Of a DNA stretch of 64,000 nucleotides, positions 28,839-37,798 are shown piece by piece. A program made the position numbers and the translations under genes. Within the stretch, counting starts at the first letter, position 1. The number at the start of each line of letters is the position of its first letter. A model generated the notes under the pieces. It was not told where the DNA came from. It was given only the letters and a program-made list of their open reading frames with translations, and made no database searches. This stretch comes from Gemmatimonadota bacterium (lineage in GTDB: Bacteria; Gemmatimonadota; Gemmatimonadetes; Longimicrobiales; Gaopeijiaceae): NCBI GenBank assembly GCA_034521595.1, contig JAXHMG010000002.1, forward strand, positions 160,001 to 224,000. Reading direction: 5' to 3'.

Positions 28839-30770
28839 ATGACTGAGACGAACAAGCCGGCGTCGGAGCTCGAATCCCGGGAAGTCGCGGAAGGCGCGCG
28901 CGAGCAGGATTGGGAGAAGAAGAGCTTCGCACGCGCCCTCTTCGAAGGGCGCTTCGATCTCGATCTCGTTCACCCGCACCCCGAGCCCGATCCGGACGAG
29001 CAGGCACGCGCGGCAGAGTTCCTGGAGCGGCTCGAAGCGTTCGCGCGCGATCACATCGACGGGGACACGATCGACCGCGACGGATGGGTTCCGCAGGAGG
29101 TCCTCGACGGCCTCGCGGAGCTCGGGGCGTTCGGCATCAAGATCTCCCGGGAGCACGGCGGACTGGGATTCTCGCAGCTCACGTACAACCGAGCCCTCGA
29201 GATCGTGGCCTCCCGCTGTGGGTCGACGGGGGCGTTCCTCTCGGCCCACCAGAGCATCGGCGTTCCGGGACCCATCCAGAAGTTCGGGACGCCCGAGCAG
29301 AAGGAACGGTACCTCCCTCGGTTGGCGAAAGGAGCGCTCTCGGCGTTCGCCCTCACCGAACCCGACGTGGGCTCGGACCCCGCGAACATGTCGACCACGG
29401 CGGAGCTCTCCGAAGACGGTTCCCACTGGATCTTGAACGGGGAGAAGCTCTGGACGACGAACGGTCCGCGGGCCGAGATCATCATCGTGATGGCCCGCAC
29501 CCCGGCCCCCGATGACTCGAAGGGCAAGCCGATCACGGCTTTCGTGGTGGAGACCGAGTGGGAAGGTGTCGAAACCGTCCAGGAATGCCAGTTCATGGGG
29601 CTCCGAGGGATCTCGAACGGGATCATCCGGTTCACCGACGTCAAGGTCCCGCGCGAGAACGTGGTGTGGGGCGAGGGCAAGGGCCTGAAGCTGGCGCTCA
29701 TCACGTTGAACGTGGGCCGCCTGGCGCTGCCCGCCTTCGCCGCAGCGTGCGGTAAGGGCTCGCTCGAGATGTGCCGCGACTGGGCGTCGTCGCGCGTGCA
29801 ATGGGGTCGTCCCATCGGACACCACGACGCGATCGCGCAGATGCTCGGCAAGATGGCGGCCGACACCTTCGCGCTCGAAGCCGTCGTCGAGCTCACCGCG
29901 TTGATGGCCGACTCCGACCGGTACGACATCCGGCTCGAGGCCGCCATCGCCAAGATGTGGGGCACCGAAACCGGATGGGACATCGTCAACGACGCCCTGC
30001 AGATCCGGGGCGGCCGCGGGTACGAGACGCACGACTCGCTCGCCGCGCGCGGCGAGGTCCCGTACCCCGTCGAGCGCTACCTCCGCGACATGCGGATCAA
30101 CACGATCTTCGAAGGATCCTCGGAGATCATGCGGCTCTTCATCGCGCGGGAGGCGGTGGACACCCACCTGCGTGTCGCCGGCGACCTCGTGGACCCGAAA
30201 GCGTCGACGGGGGCCAAGCTCAAGGCGTTGGTCCGGGCGGGCGCGCACTACGCGTGGTGGTACCCGACGCGCTTCCTGGGATGGAGCCATTGGCCGCGCT
30301 ACAGCGAGTTCGGGCCACTCGCCACGCACCTCCGGTTCGTGGAGCGCACCGCCCGTAAGCTGGCCCGGGCGACCTTCCACGCCATGCTGCGCTTCGGACC
30401 CGCTTTGGAAAAGCGCCAGTCCGTGCTCGGACGGATCGTGGACGTGGGCGCCGAGCTCATGGTGATGACCGCCGTGGTGATCCGCGCGGACATGCTCATG
30501 AAGAAGGGCGACGACGCGCCCGGCGCGAACGCGCTTGCCGATCTCTATTGCCGCCAGGCGAGAGCGCGCATAAAGGATCGCTTCCGCACGCTCTTCAGGA
30601 ACGACGACAAGCGAGGGTATTCGGTCGCGCGACGCTTCCTCGCCGACGAGTTCGATTGGCTCGAAGCGGGCGTCGTCTCCCTGGAAGGGTATCGCCGAAT
30701 GGTCGAGAACGGCCCGGTTGAAGTCCCCGAGCCGGCGGACCGGCGAGGTGATCCCGTGACCGCTGGATGA
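28839..30770 (+). CDS. Acyl-CoA dehydrogenase (ACAD9/FadE10-like)
   Basis: AFALTEPDVGSD, LNGEKLWTTNG, QIRGGRGYE, IFEGSSEIM. Confidence 0.93.
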   Translation: MTETNKPASELESREVAEGAREQDWEKKSFARALFEGRFDLDLVHPHPEPDPDEQARAAEFLERLEAFARDHIDGDTIDRDGWVPQEVLDGLAELGAFGIKISREHGGLGFSQLTYNRALEIVASRCGSTGAFLSAHQSIGVPGPIQKFGTPEQKERYLPRLAKGALSAFALTEPDVGSDPANMSTTAELSEDGSHWILNGEKLWTTNGPRAEIIIVMARTPAPDDSKGKPITAFVVETEWEGVETVQECQFMGLRGISNGIIRFTDVKVPRENVVWGEGKGLKLALITLNVGRLALPAFAAACGKGSLEMCRDWASSRVQWGRPIGHHDAIAQMLGKMAADTFALEAVVELTALMADSDRYDIRLEAAIAKMWGTETGWDIVNDALQIRGGRGYETHDSLAARGEVPYPVERYLRDMRINTIFEGSSEIMRLFIAREAVDTHLRVAGDLVDPKASTGAKLKALVRAGAHYAWWYPTRFLGWSHWPRYSEFGPLATHLRFVERTARKLARATFHAMLRFGPALEKRQSVLGRIVDVGAELMVMTAVVIRADMLMKKGDDAPGANALADLYCRQARARIKDRFRTLFRNDDKRGYSVARRFLADEFDWLEAGVVSLEGYRRMVENGPVEVPEPADRRGDPVTAG

Positions 30771-30774
30771 AGCG

Positions 30775-31728
30775 ATGAGCCTATCGCTGAATCCAGGGGA
30801 CGGGGAGCGGCCCCTGCACCCGCGAGCATTCGCGGTCACGGTCTTCTGGACCCTCGCGCTGCTCTTCCTCGGCAGCATCGTGCACGCCACCGAATCGAGT
30901 CTCGCGTGCCCGGACTGGCCCACGTGCTTCGGTTCGATGGTGCCGGAGATGACGGGAGGCGTGTTCTGGGAGCACCTCCACCGGTTGGTGGCGGGCGGCC
31001 TGGTGCTGATGTTCGGGCTCGCGACATGGCTCGCTCGACGGGAAGCCACCGACCGCCCCTGGATGTTTCGCACGGGAATGGCCGGCCTCGGCCTTCTCCT
31101 CGTGCAGTCCGTGTTCGGCGGCATCACCGTCATTTATGAGCTTCCGAGCCTGGTGTCGACCACGCATCTCGCACTCGCGTTCGCGTTCGTCGCTTTGGCC
31201 ACGGTCCTGACCTCGTCCACCGCGTGGCGGCCGCGAACCAGAGCCGCCAACCCGGAGGTCGCCCGGCGTCTCCGCAATCTCGCGGGTGCCTCCGCGGGGC
31301 TGGTGTTCGCCCAATCCGTCACCGGAGGCCTCGTGCGGCACCTCGACGCGGGCATGTCGTGCCCGGATGCGCCGCTCTGTCTCGGGCAGGTCGTCCCCCC
31401 CCTCGTGAACCCTCTCATCACGGTGCACTTCGGTCACCGGGTCCTCGGATTTCTGACCGCGGCGGCCGTGGTCGCCCTGGCCGTCTGGGCATCCCGCGTG
31501 GACCTTCCGCCGCGCCTCCGTCGCTGGACGACGTTCGCGGCATGGCTCGTCGTGGCCCAGGTGCTTCTGGGCTTCGCCTCGGTCTTGACCGTCCTCGCCG
31601 TGGTTCCGGTGTCGTTCCACACGCTCGTCGCCGCGACGCTCATCGTCGTGCTCGTGCACGTAGCGACGTCGGGCGCCGCGCTAGCGGCTCGTCTCCCCAC
31701 CGCCATGGCCGGGCATGGATTGGAGTAG
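30775..31728 (+). CDS. ctaA: Heme A synthase (COX15/CtaA)
   Basis: ACPDWPTC, EHLHR, second CPDAPLC, HFGHR; eight TM segments. Confidence 0.9.
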   Translation: MSLSLNPGDGERPLHPRAFAVTVFWTLALLFLGSIVHATESSLACPDWPTCFGSMVPEMTGGVFWEHLHRLVAGGLVLMFGLATWLARREATDRPWMFRTGMAGLGLLLVQSVFGGITVIYELPSLVSTTHLALAFAFVALATVLTSSTAWRPRTRAANPEVARRLRNLAGASAGLVFAQSVTGGLVRHLDAGMSCPDAPLCLGQVVPPLVNPLITVHFGHRVLGFLTAAAVVALAVWASRVDLPPRLRRWTTFAAWLVVAQVLLGFASVLTVLAVVPVSFHTLVAATLIVVLVHVATSGAALAARLPTAMAGHGLE

Positions 31729-32152
31729 CGTCGGGGACACGCTGGCGGCGGTGAACGCGGCGCTCAACGCCACCAGCGCCGTGGCCCTCTTCACGGGCTT
31801 CTACTTCATCCGCAGGAAGGACAGGGTAAGGCACCGTGCCGCCATGCTGACGGCTGTCGGCGCTTCCGCGCTCTTCCTCGTCTTCTACGTGACCCGCGTC
31901 GTGCTGACGGGCACCCACGAGTTCGCGGGAAGCGGTACGGCCAAGGTGGTGTATCTGGCCATCCTCCTCTCCCACATGCTCCTGGCCATCGTCGTCGTCC
32001 CGCTCGTGCTCCGTCTCCTCTACCTGGCAAGCGGGGAACGCTTTCGGGAGCATGCCCGCCTGGCCCGTTGGACGTTCCCGATCTGGGCGTACGTGTCCGT
32101 GACCGGACTGGTCGTCTACCTGCTGCTCTACCAGGTGTACGGGTACGTGTGA
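31715..32152 (+). CDS. DUF420 (CtaM-like) membrane protein
   Basis: NAALNA, HRAAM, ILLSH, HARLARWTFPIWAYVSVTG. Confidence 0.9.
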   Translation: MDWSSVGDTLAAVNAALNATSAVALFTGFYFIRRKDRVRHRAAMLTAVGASALFLVFYVTRVVLTGTHEFAGSGTAKVVYLAILLSHMLLAIVVVPLVLRLLYLASGERFREHARLARWTFPIWAYVSVTGLVVYLLLYQVYGYV

Positions 32153-33114
32153 GCCCGCCGGGAGAGCGGCGGATCCTCGGATACGCGGAAGCGCTTCTCG
32201 CAGCGGTTCTGTGGGGCTCGTCGGGGATCTTCAGCGTATACCTCTTCGAGCTCGGCGTGCCGCCGCAGAGCCTGGCGCTCCTCCGTCCGGTGCTCGGAAT
32301 CCTCATGTTGGCGGCCGTCGTCGCCGGGATCCACGGCTCGGGCGCGCTCCGGACGGACGCGAAGGGCCTCCTCGCTCTGGGTGTGGGCGGCGGAAGCGCC
32401 GTCGGCCTGTTCCAGCTCTCGTACCAGATGTCGACGGATGCCGTGGGGGTACCCTCGACAGTAGCGCTCGTGTACCTCGCACCCGCCACCGTGGTGGCCG
32501 TGTCCGGCCCGCTCCTCGGAGAGTGGCCGACGGCGCGGAGGGTCGTCCTCGCCGTCGTGACGCTGGCGGGCGTATGGCTCACCGTCCTGGGCGCGGAGCA
32601 GGTCACTCCCGAGTTCGGGAAGCCGGGAGTCGTATGGGGCGTCTTGGCCGGCCTGAGCTATGCGGCGTATACCTTGTTCGGCCGTTGGGGGGCGGAACGC
32701 TACGGCGCCGGGCCCACCGTGCTCTACAGCCTGATCGGAGCCTGCGTCTGGCTCGCGGCTACGCTCCCGCTCGTGAGTGACGGCCTCGTCCTGCCCGCGC
32801 GGGGAGCCGTCTGGGCGCTCATCGCCCTCTTCGCGTTGGTCACGATCGCCGGCGCGCAGTTCCTGTTCTTCGACGCGCTCGGCCGCATCGAAGCGGGGCG
32901 GGCTTCGATCACGTCCGCGGCGGAACCCGTCGTCGCGGCCTTGCTCGCCACCGTGCTACTGGCCCAACACCTCACCGGCATGGGGTGGACAGGCGTCGTG
33001 CTCGTCGTGATCGGCGTCGCGGGCGTCGGGTTCGACCGCGCTCGGGCCTCCACCCGGCGCGCCGTGAAGCGACCACCTTCGCGCGCTCGACGCCCCCCGA
33101 CTTCAGGCCGGTAG
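32149..33114 (+). CDS. EamA/DMT transporter
   Basis: About ten TM segments; LWGSSG, LVYLAP, AEPVVA; GTGA overlap. Confidence 0.88.
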   Translation: MSPPGERRILGYAEALLAAVLWGSSGIFSVYLFELGVPPQSLALLRPVLGILMLAAVVAGIHGSGALRTDAKGLLALGVGGGSAVGLFQLSYQMSTDAVGVPSTVALVYLAPATVVAVSGPLLGEWPTARRVVLAVVTLAGVWLTVLGAEQVTPEFGKPGVVWGVLAGLSYAAYTLFGRWGAERYGAGPTVLYSLIGACVWLAATLPLVSDGLVLPARGAVWALIALFALVTIAGAQFLFFDALGRIEAGRASITSAAEPVVAALLATVLLAQHLTGMGWTGVVLVVIGVAGVGFDRARASTRRAVKRPPSRARRPPTSGR

Positions 33115-33948
33115 GGAAACCTCCACCTCGGCACCGCCGTCCGGCACGTTCCGGAGGGTGATCTCACCCCCCATGGCTTCCACCGTCTTCCTCGCGTGGG
33201 GCAGACCCAGCCCCAAGCCGTCCTCGGTCTCCGAATAGAACGGGTCGAACGCACGCTTGAACGCGGCCTCGGTGAACCCCGGACCCCGGTCGCGCACGCG
33301 AATCGTGGGTCGACCGTTCTCGGCGACGACGGTCATGTCGATGGTCTCTCCACCCCCGAAGCGGGCCGCGTTGTGCAGGATCAGATAGAGCGCGTCCATG
33401 AGCTGGTCGGGCTCCACGGTGGCTCGCAGGGAGGAAGCCCCGAGCTGCAGTCGCACCGTGGCCTCGTGGTCGGCCGCGAACTCACGGGACACCTGCTGGG
33501 AGAGCTGGACGACGTCGGTTCCCTGGGTCTCTCCCCCGGCTTCCCTCAGGAAGAAGTCCACGTCCGCCAAAGCCCCCAGCGCGCGCTCGATCCGCTCCCG
33601 GAGCTCCGCCTCGTCGGCTTCCGCGGAAACACCGGCGAGCGGAGCACGCACCTGCCGATCGAGGAAACGGCTCACTCTGCCCACGGCGTCGGAAAGGGCG
33701 GCGTGCCGCTCCGCGTCGCGAGGCGCCCAGCTCTTCTCCAACGCCTGCACGAGCTCGGCCGTCGCTCCATCCGGCGAGACGTCGTCGGGTAGTCGGCCGT
33801 GCCCGACGGCTTCGACGACACCGCGAAGCTCTCGCTCGAGTTCGTCCCGAGCGTTCCGTCGTTCCTTGGCACGCACCGCGTTCCTGCCGAACCCGACCAC
33901 CGCCAAGGCCACGACCACGGCCACCACCAGCCCAATCACGATCTCCAT
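33103..33948 (-). CDS. Membrane-anchored histidine-kinase-like ATPase lacking the H-box His
   Basis: N-terminal TM; NAA, DRGPG, FDPFYS, GLGLGL boxes; H-box region reads DRQVRAPL. Confidence 0.8.
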   Translation of the reverse strand: MEIVIGLVVAVVVALAVVGFGRNAVRAKERRNARDELERELRGVVEAVGHGRLPDDVSPDGATAELVQALEKSWAPRDAERHAALSDAVGRVSRFLDRQVRAPLAGVSAEADEAELRERIERALGALADVDFFLREAGGETQGTDVVQLSQQVSREFAADHEATVRLQLGASSLRATVEPDQLMDALYLILHNAARFGGGETIDMTVVAENGRPTIRVRDRGPGFTEAAFKRAFDPFYSETEDGLGLGLPHARKTVEAMGGEITLRNVPDGGAEVEVSLPA

Positions 33949-33957
33949 GTTACTCCG

Positions 33958-34422
33958 TCAGTTGGAAGAGTCGACATCCTCGACGTGTCTCTTGAGCGTC
34001 TCGGCGTGGCCTTCCGGGTCCACGCCGCGCCAAACGCCCTGGACGATGCCGTCGCCGTCGATCAGGAACGTGCTGCGCTCGATCGACATCCCGTAGACCG
34101 GATGCTCCTTCCAGACGCCGTACGCCTCGAGCATCTCGTGGCCCTCGTCCGAAAGCAGGGGGAAGTTCAAGCCGTGCTTGGCGCGGAACGCACGGTGCGA
34201 TTCCACCGAATCGGCCGACACCCCCAACACCACCGCGTCCAACTCCTCGAAGTCCGGAAGCGCGTCCCGAAAGTCGCACGCCTGGACCGTGCATCCCGGC
34301 GTGTCGTCCTTCGGGTAGAAGTACAGGATCACGGTCCGACCACGTAGGTCGGAGAGACTGATCTCGCCATCCCGATCGCTCGGGAGGGTGAAGTCGGGGG
34401 CTGAAGATCCCTTCTCGATCAT
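33958..34422 (-). CDS. bcp: Peroxiredoxin BCP
   Basis: YFYPKDDTPGCTVQAC, ERSTFLID. Confidence 0.93.
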   Translation of the reverse strand: MIEKGSSAPDFTLPSDRDGEISLSDLRGRTVILYFYPKDDTPGCTVQACDFRDALPDFEELDAVVLGVSADSVESHRAFRAKHGLNFPLLSDEGHEMLEAYGVWKEHPVYGMSIERSTFLIDGDGIVQGVWRGVDPEGHAETLKRHVEDVDSSN

Positions 34423-34523
34423 GGCGTGCTCATCGGGAGAAAGCGGGCGCCGCAGGGGCAACTTCGGAACGTCCGACGGCTACACCGGCGGTGCATCCGG
34501 GTTTCCTCGATTCGAGACCCCGA

Positions 34524-35195
34524 TCAAGCCGAGCGGGCCGTGGGCGTCTCTTCACCCGCAGCCTCGATCATCCGTGCTTCCCAGCGGCACACCGCGTCGC
34601 CCCGGGCCTGGCACAGGGTGTGCTCGACCCGAGCCGGCTCGCGGCTCACCTGTTCGAGCACCGCCTCGCACAACCCGGCGAGCAGGTAACAGGCGTCCCC
34701 TCCCGGATCGTGCTCCACGAAAAGCAGCGAGCGCCCCTCGATGATGAAGGGCCCCTTGGCGAATCCCCCGAGTTGGCGACCGAACAGCCTACGCAGGCGC
34801 TTGCGCACCCGGGACCTCGCCACGCCGTAGCGCGCCACCGACGGCAGGACGCGGACCCATCCGGGCGCCCGCCCCGGCTCGACGAGCGAGCGACCCACCT
34901 GCTGGAAGACCCTCCGGCCATCCGGACGCCGGATGACGAAGCGGAAGAGGTCGCCCACCTGCTCGTCCGTAAGGCGAGCCCCCTTGCGGGCTTCCTGTTG
35001 AAAGCTTCGGATCTGGCGCTGAACCACGTCGCTCAAGCCGAAGCGCCGGGGCATGGTCCGGCTGGGGTTCTCGTCTTCCATGAGATCCCCCGGAAGGTCC
35101 TGGTCCCTCAGGACCTCGAGTATCCGGAGCGCGACCAGGGCATGGATGCGCTGCGGTTCCTCGGGGGCGGGCAAGCTACTGGACGACTCGGTCAC
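34524..35195 (-). CDS. Stand-alone V4R-domain protein
   Basis: C-terminal ACYLLAG...VEHTLCQARGDAVCRW; start estimated at GTG 35195. Confidence 0.7.
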   Translation of the reverse strand: MTESSSSLPAPEEPQRIHALVALRILEVLRDQDLPGDLMEDENPSRTMPRRFGLSDVVQRQIRSFQQEARKGARLTDEQVGDLFRFVIRRPDGRRVFQQVGRSLVEPGRAPGWVRVLPSVARYGVARSRVRKRLRRLFGRQLGGFAKGPFIIEGRSLLFVEHDPGGDACYLLAGLCEAVLEQVSREPARVEHTLCQARGDAVCRWEARMIEAAGEETPTARSA

Positions 35196-35404
35196 CGGAG
35201 TACAGTTCACGAAAAGGGGAGGCGGTCCTCGCCACGGCGCGCGGCCCACCCAAGTTCTACCACAGGCTGCTTGAGCCCGACAGCATCGGGTCGACGGGGT
35301 AATGTCGACGCGCGAGGTGGCGAAGGCAACGTGGAACCGCGCCGAATTCCCGCAACGTACCGATTTGAGCGTGACGACCGAGCGCCCACCCCCTATATAC
35401 AGTG

Positions 35405-35528
35405 CGAGACACGAAGGCGGCGCCCGGATACGGGTGCTGCGGCGGGCGGAGTCGTGTGCGTTTCGGGCCACCACCCTTGGGGGGGTGGGTGTCACTGCCA
35501 CGGGCGTCTCGGCTCCCCCGCCTTTTTT
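35405..35528 (+). ncRNA. Candidate structured small RNA ending in a U6 tract
   Basis: 10-bp hairpin 35417-35440; 35441-35454 pairs with 35510-35522, followed by TTTTTT; AT-rich TATATACAGT just upstream. The 5' end is an estimate. Confidence 0.4.
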
Positions 35529-35608
35529 CGTGTCACCCTCCCAGCCACGAACGGTCCGGCTCGGGCCAACGTGTTTGTGCCACGTGGCCCATGGCGTATC
35601 TTGGCGTC

Positions 35609-36733
35609 ATGAAACGCTATCCTGCCTTCGACCCGCCGGAGTATCTGGAGTGGGAGCCCGATCCCGAGCTCCTACGAGCCTACGCCGAGACCGTCGAGCG
35701 CGATCCCGATCGTTCGGAGGTCCTGCACAGCCTGGGCGAGCCCGACCTGCTCTCGCTCTACCGGGATCTGCTGCGGACCCGCCTACACGACATCGGGCTG
35801 AAGCGGTGGGTGCGCACGGGGGTGATCTCGAAGGCGTGGCTGGGGACGGGTGAGGAAGCAGCCACCGTCGGCACCGTGCGCGCTCTCGATCCCGAGCGCG
35901 ACGTCGTCAGCCCGATGATCCGCAACGCCGGCGCTCTCCACATGATGGGCATGTCGCTCGCGGACATGTTCCGGGGCTACCTGGCGACCTCCGACTCGCC
36001 GAGTCAGGGGCGCGACCTGCACATCGGGGATCTCGAGCGCGGGGTGATCCAGCCCATCAGTCACATGGGAACGAGCGTCACCGTGGTGACCGGAGCAGCC
36101 CTCGCGTTCCAAAGCCGGGGCGAGCCACGGGTGGCGATGACCTGGGTCGGAGACGGCGCGACGAAGACGGCGGCCTGTCACGAGGGACTCAACCTGGCCG
36201 CGGTCCTGAACCTCCCTGCCGTCTTCGTCATCCAGAACAATCAGGTCGCCCTGGGCACCAAGCTCGAGGACCATCACGTCGGCGACCTGCACGCGTGGCC
36301 GGCGATGTACGGGATCGACTCCTGGTCCTGTGACGGGAACAACGTCCTGGACGTATACGCGGCCACCCGCTTGGCCGTCGCTCGCTGCCGGGTGGGACGC
36401 GGCCCCGCCGCGATCGTGGTCGACACGTTCCGGATGGGCGGGCATGCCACCCATGACGAGCGGGAGGCGCGCGAAACCTTTCCAGGCGAGCTCTTCGAGC
36501 ACTGGGGACGCCGGGATCCGGTCGGGCTCTTCGAAGCCTATCTGGAAGGGCGCGGCCTGGCGCCCGAGACGCTCATCGAGATCGAGCGGGAGGTCACCGA
36601 CGAGATGGACCGCGCGGCTGACGAAGCCCTGGCCTCACGGGATCGCATTCCGCCGCCGGAGCAGGCGCTGTACGAAGGCTTCTCGGAAGGCGACCCCCTC
36701 GTCGGCCTCCGGCGGCGTCCGACTATGACCTGA
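35609..36733 (+). CDS. TPP-dependent 2-oxoacid dehydrogenase E1 alpha subunit
   Basis: GDGATK...IQNNQ TPP motif, CDGNN, RMGGHATHD. Confidence 0.9.
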   Translation: MKRYPAFDPPEYLEWEPDPELLRAYAETVERDPDRSEVLHSLGEPDLLSLYRDLLRTRLHDIGLKRWVRTGVISKAWLGTGEEAATVGTVRALDPERDVVSPMIRNAGALHMMGMSLADMFRGYLATSDSPSQGRDLHIGDLERGVIQPISHMGTSVTVVTGAALAFQSRGEPRVAMTWVGDGATKTAACHEGLNLAAVLNLPAVFVIQNNQVALGTKLEDHHVGDLHAWPAMYGIDSWSCDGNNVLDVYAATRLAVARCRVGRGPAAIVVDTFRMGGHATHDEREARETFPGELFEHWGRRDPVGLFEAYLEGRGLAPETLIEIEREVTDEMDRAADEALASRDRIPPPEQALYEGFSEGDPLVGLRRRPTMT

Positions 36734-36834
36734 CCGCTTGATACGGCGCCATACGGGGCTTTCACGCCCTTCAGGCTTGAACCGGAAGCCGTCTTCGGGC
36801 ATCTTAACGGCACGCAGTAGCAGTACCTCCAACG

Positions 36835-36855
36835 CGTGAAACACGTCGTTTCACG
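36835..36855. promoter_or_regulatory. Perfect 8-5-8 palindrome upstream of the ECF sigma gene
   Basis: CGTGAAAC-acgtc-GTTTCACG ends 10 nt before ATG 36865. Confidence 0.45.
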
Positions 36856-36864
36856 ACGACACAT

Positions 36865-37494
36865 ATGGTCAACCTGAATCCGGACGAGCTGGAGAAGCTC
36901 CTCGGGGAAACCCCCCTCCAGGAGTTAACCGACGAACAGCTCGTGAGCGCGCACCTGCAGGGACGCCCTGAAGCCTTTCAGGAGCTCTACGACCGTTATC
37001 GTGAACGGCTGATCCATTTCGTCACCCGCAAGACCGGGGATCCGGACCGCGCGCAGGACCTGGTCCAGGAAGCATTCATCAGGGTCACGCGTCACCTTCA
37101 CCGGTTCGACACGTCGAAGAAGTTCTCGACGTGGATCTATACGATCGCGAGCAATCTGTCGAAGAACGAGCTCCGGAACCGGTCACGAAGCCCGCTCGTG
37201 CTGTTCCAACGGCTCACGAGCAACTGGGACGACGATCACCGGCCGCTGCAGTTCGAAGACTACTCGATGCAGCCGGACGACCTGTACCGGAAGCGCTACC
37301 TGCGCCGCCTGGTCGAGGACATGGTCAAGGAGCTACCCGAGCACCACCGCCTGGTGTTTCGACTGCGAGAGGTCGAAGGGAAGAGCTACGAGGAGATCGC
37401 CGAGATCACGGGCGTGAACCTCGGTACCGTCAAGAGCAGGCTCCATCGCGCCCGCAACTCGTTCGCTCAACGCATCGAGCCGTTTCTGAACTGA
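36865..37494 (+). CDS. ECF sigma factor (RpoE/SigW-like)
   Basis: AQDLVQEAF, FSTWIYTIA, SYEEIAEITGVNLGTVKSRLHRAR. Confidence 0.95.
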   Translation: MVNLNPDELEKLLGETPLQELTDEQLVSAHLQGRPEAFQELYDRYRERLIHFVTRKTGDPDRAQDLVQEAFIRVTRHLHRFDTSKKFSTWIYTIASNLSKNELRNRSRSPLVLFQRLTSNWDDDHRPLQFEDYSMQPDDLYRKRYLRRLVEDMVKELPEHHRLVFRLREVEGKSYEEIAEITGVNLGTVKSRLHRARNSFAQRIEPFLN

Positions 37495-37522
37495 GCTGAA
37501 GCAGGCTCCCGGGGAGACCAAC

Positions 37523-37795
37523 TAGCAGCCCGTGGTAGAAGTCTGGTGGGTCGCGCACGAGGGTCTTGCGGATATCGTACAAGGAAGAGCGACGAATGCG
37601 ATGCCCAAGCATCGGAGGAGCGTGATGCCGCGACCGACGCGATAGCGTTGGTCCCCTCGTGCCCTTCGGGTTGGCGGCACGGCCCCATCTCCGTCGTTGC
37701 CACTCCTCGACGTAGCTCGAGGGCTAGGTCTGGCCGTGGCGCCCGGGACCCGGCGCAGCGGGTCCGGCCCACCAGACTTCTACCACGGGCTGCTA
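37523..37795. mobile_element. 273-bp MITE-like element with perfect 28-bp terminal inverted repeats
   Basis: TAGCAGCCCGTGGTAGAAGTCTGGTGGG (37523-37550) and its exact reverse complement (37768-37795); ends read CTAG and CTAA; no transposase. Confidence 0.75.
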
Positions 37796-37798
37796 AGG

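Noticed and set aside
35402-35608. TPP riboswitch or N-terminal extension of E1-alpha
   Set aside because: No CUGAGA or ACCUG core; the extension is not protein-like.
37697-37798. N-terminal extension of the PspA-like ORF (...PPDFYHGLLR)
   Set aside because: It is translation of the inverted repeat; the same peptide appears on the opposite strand.
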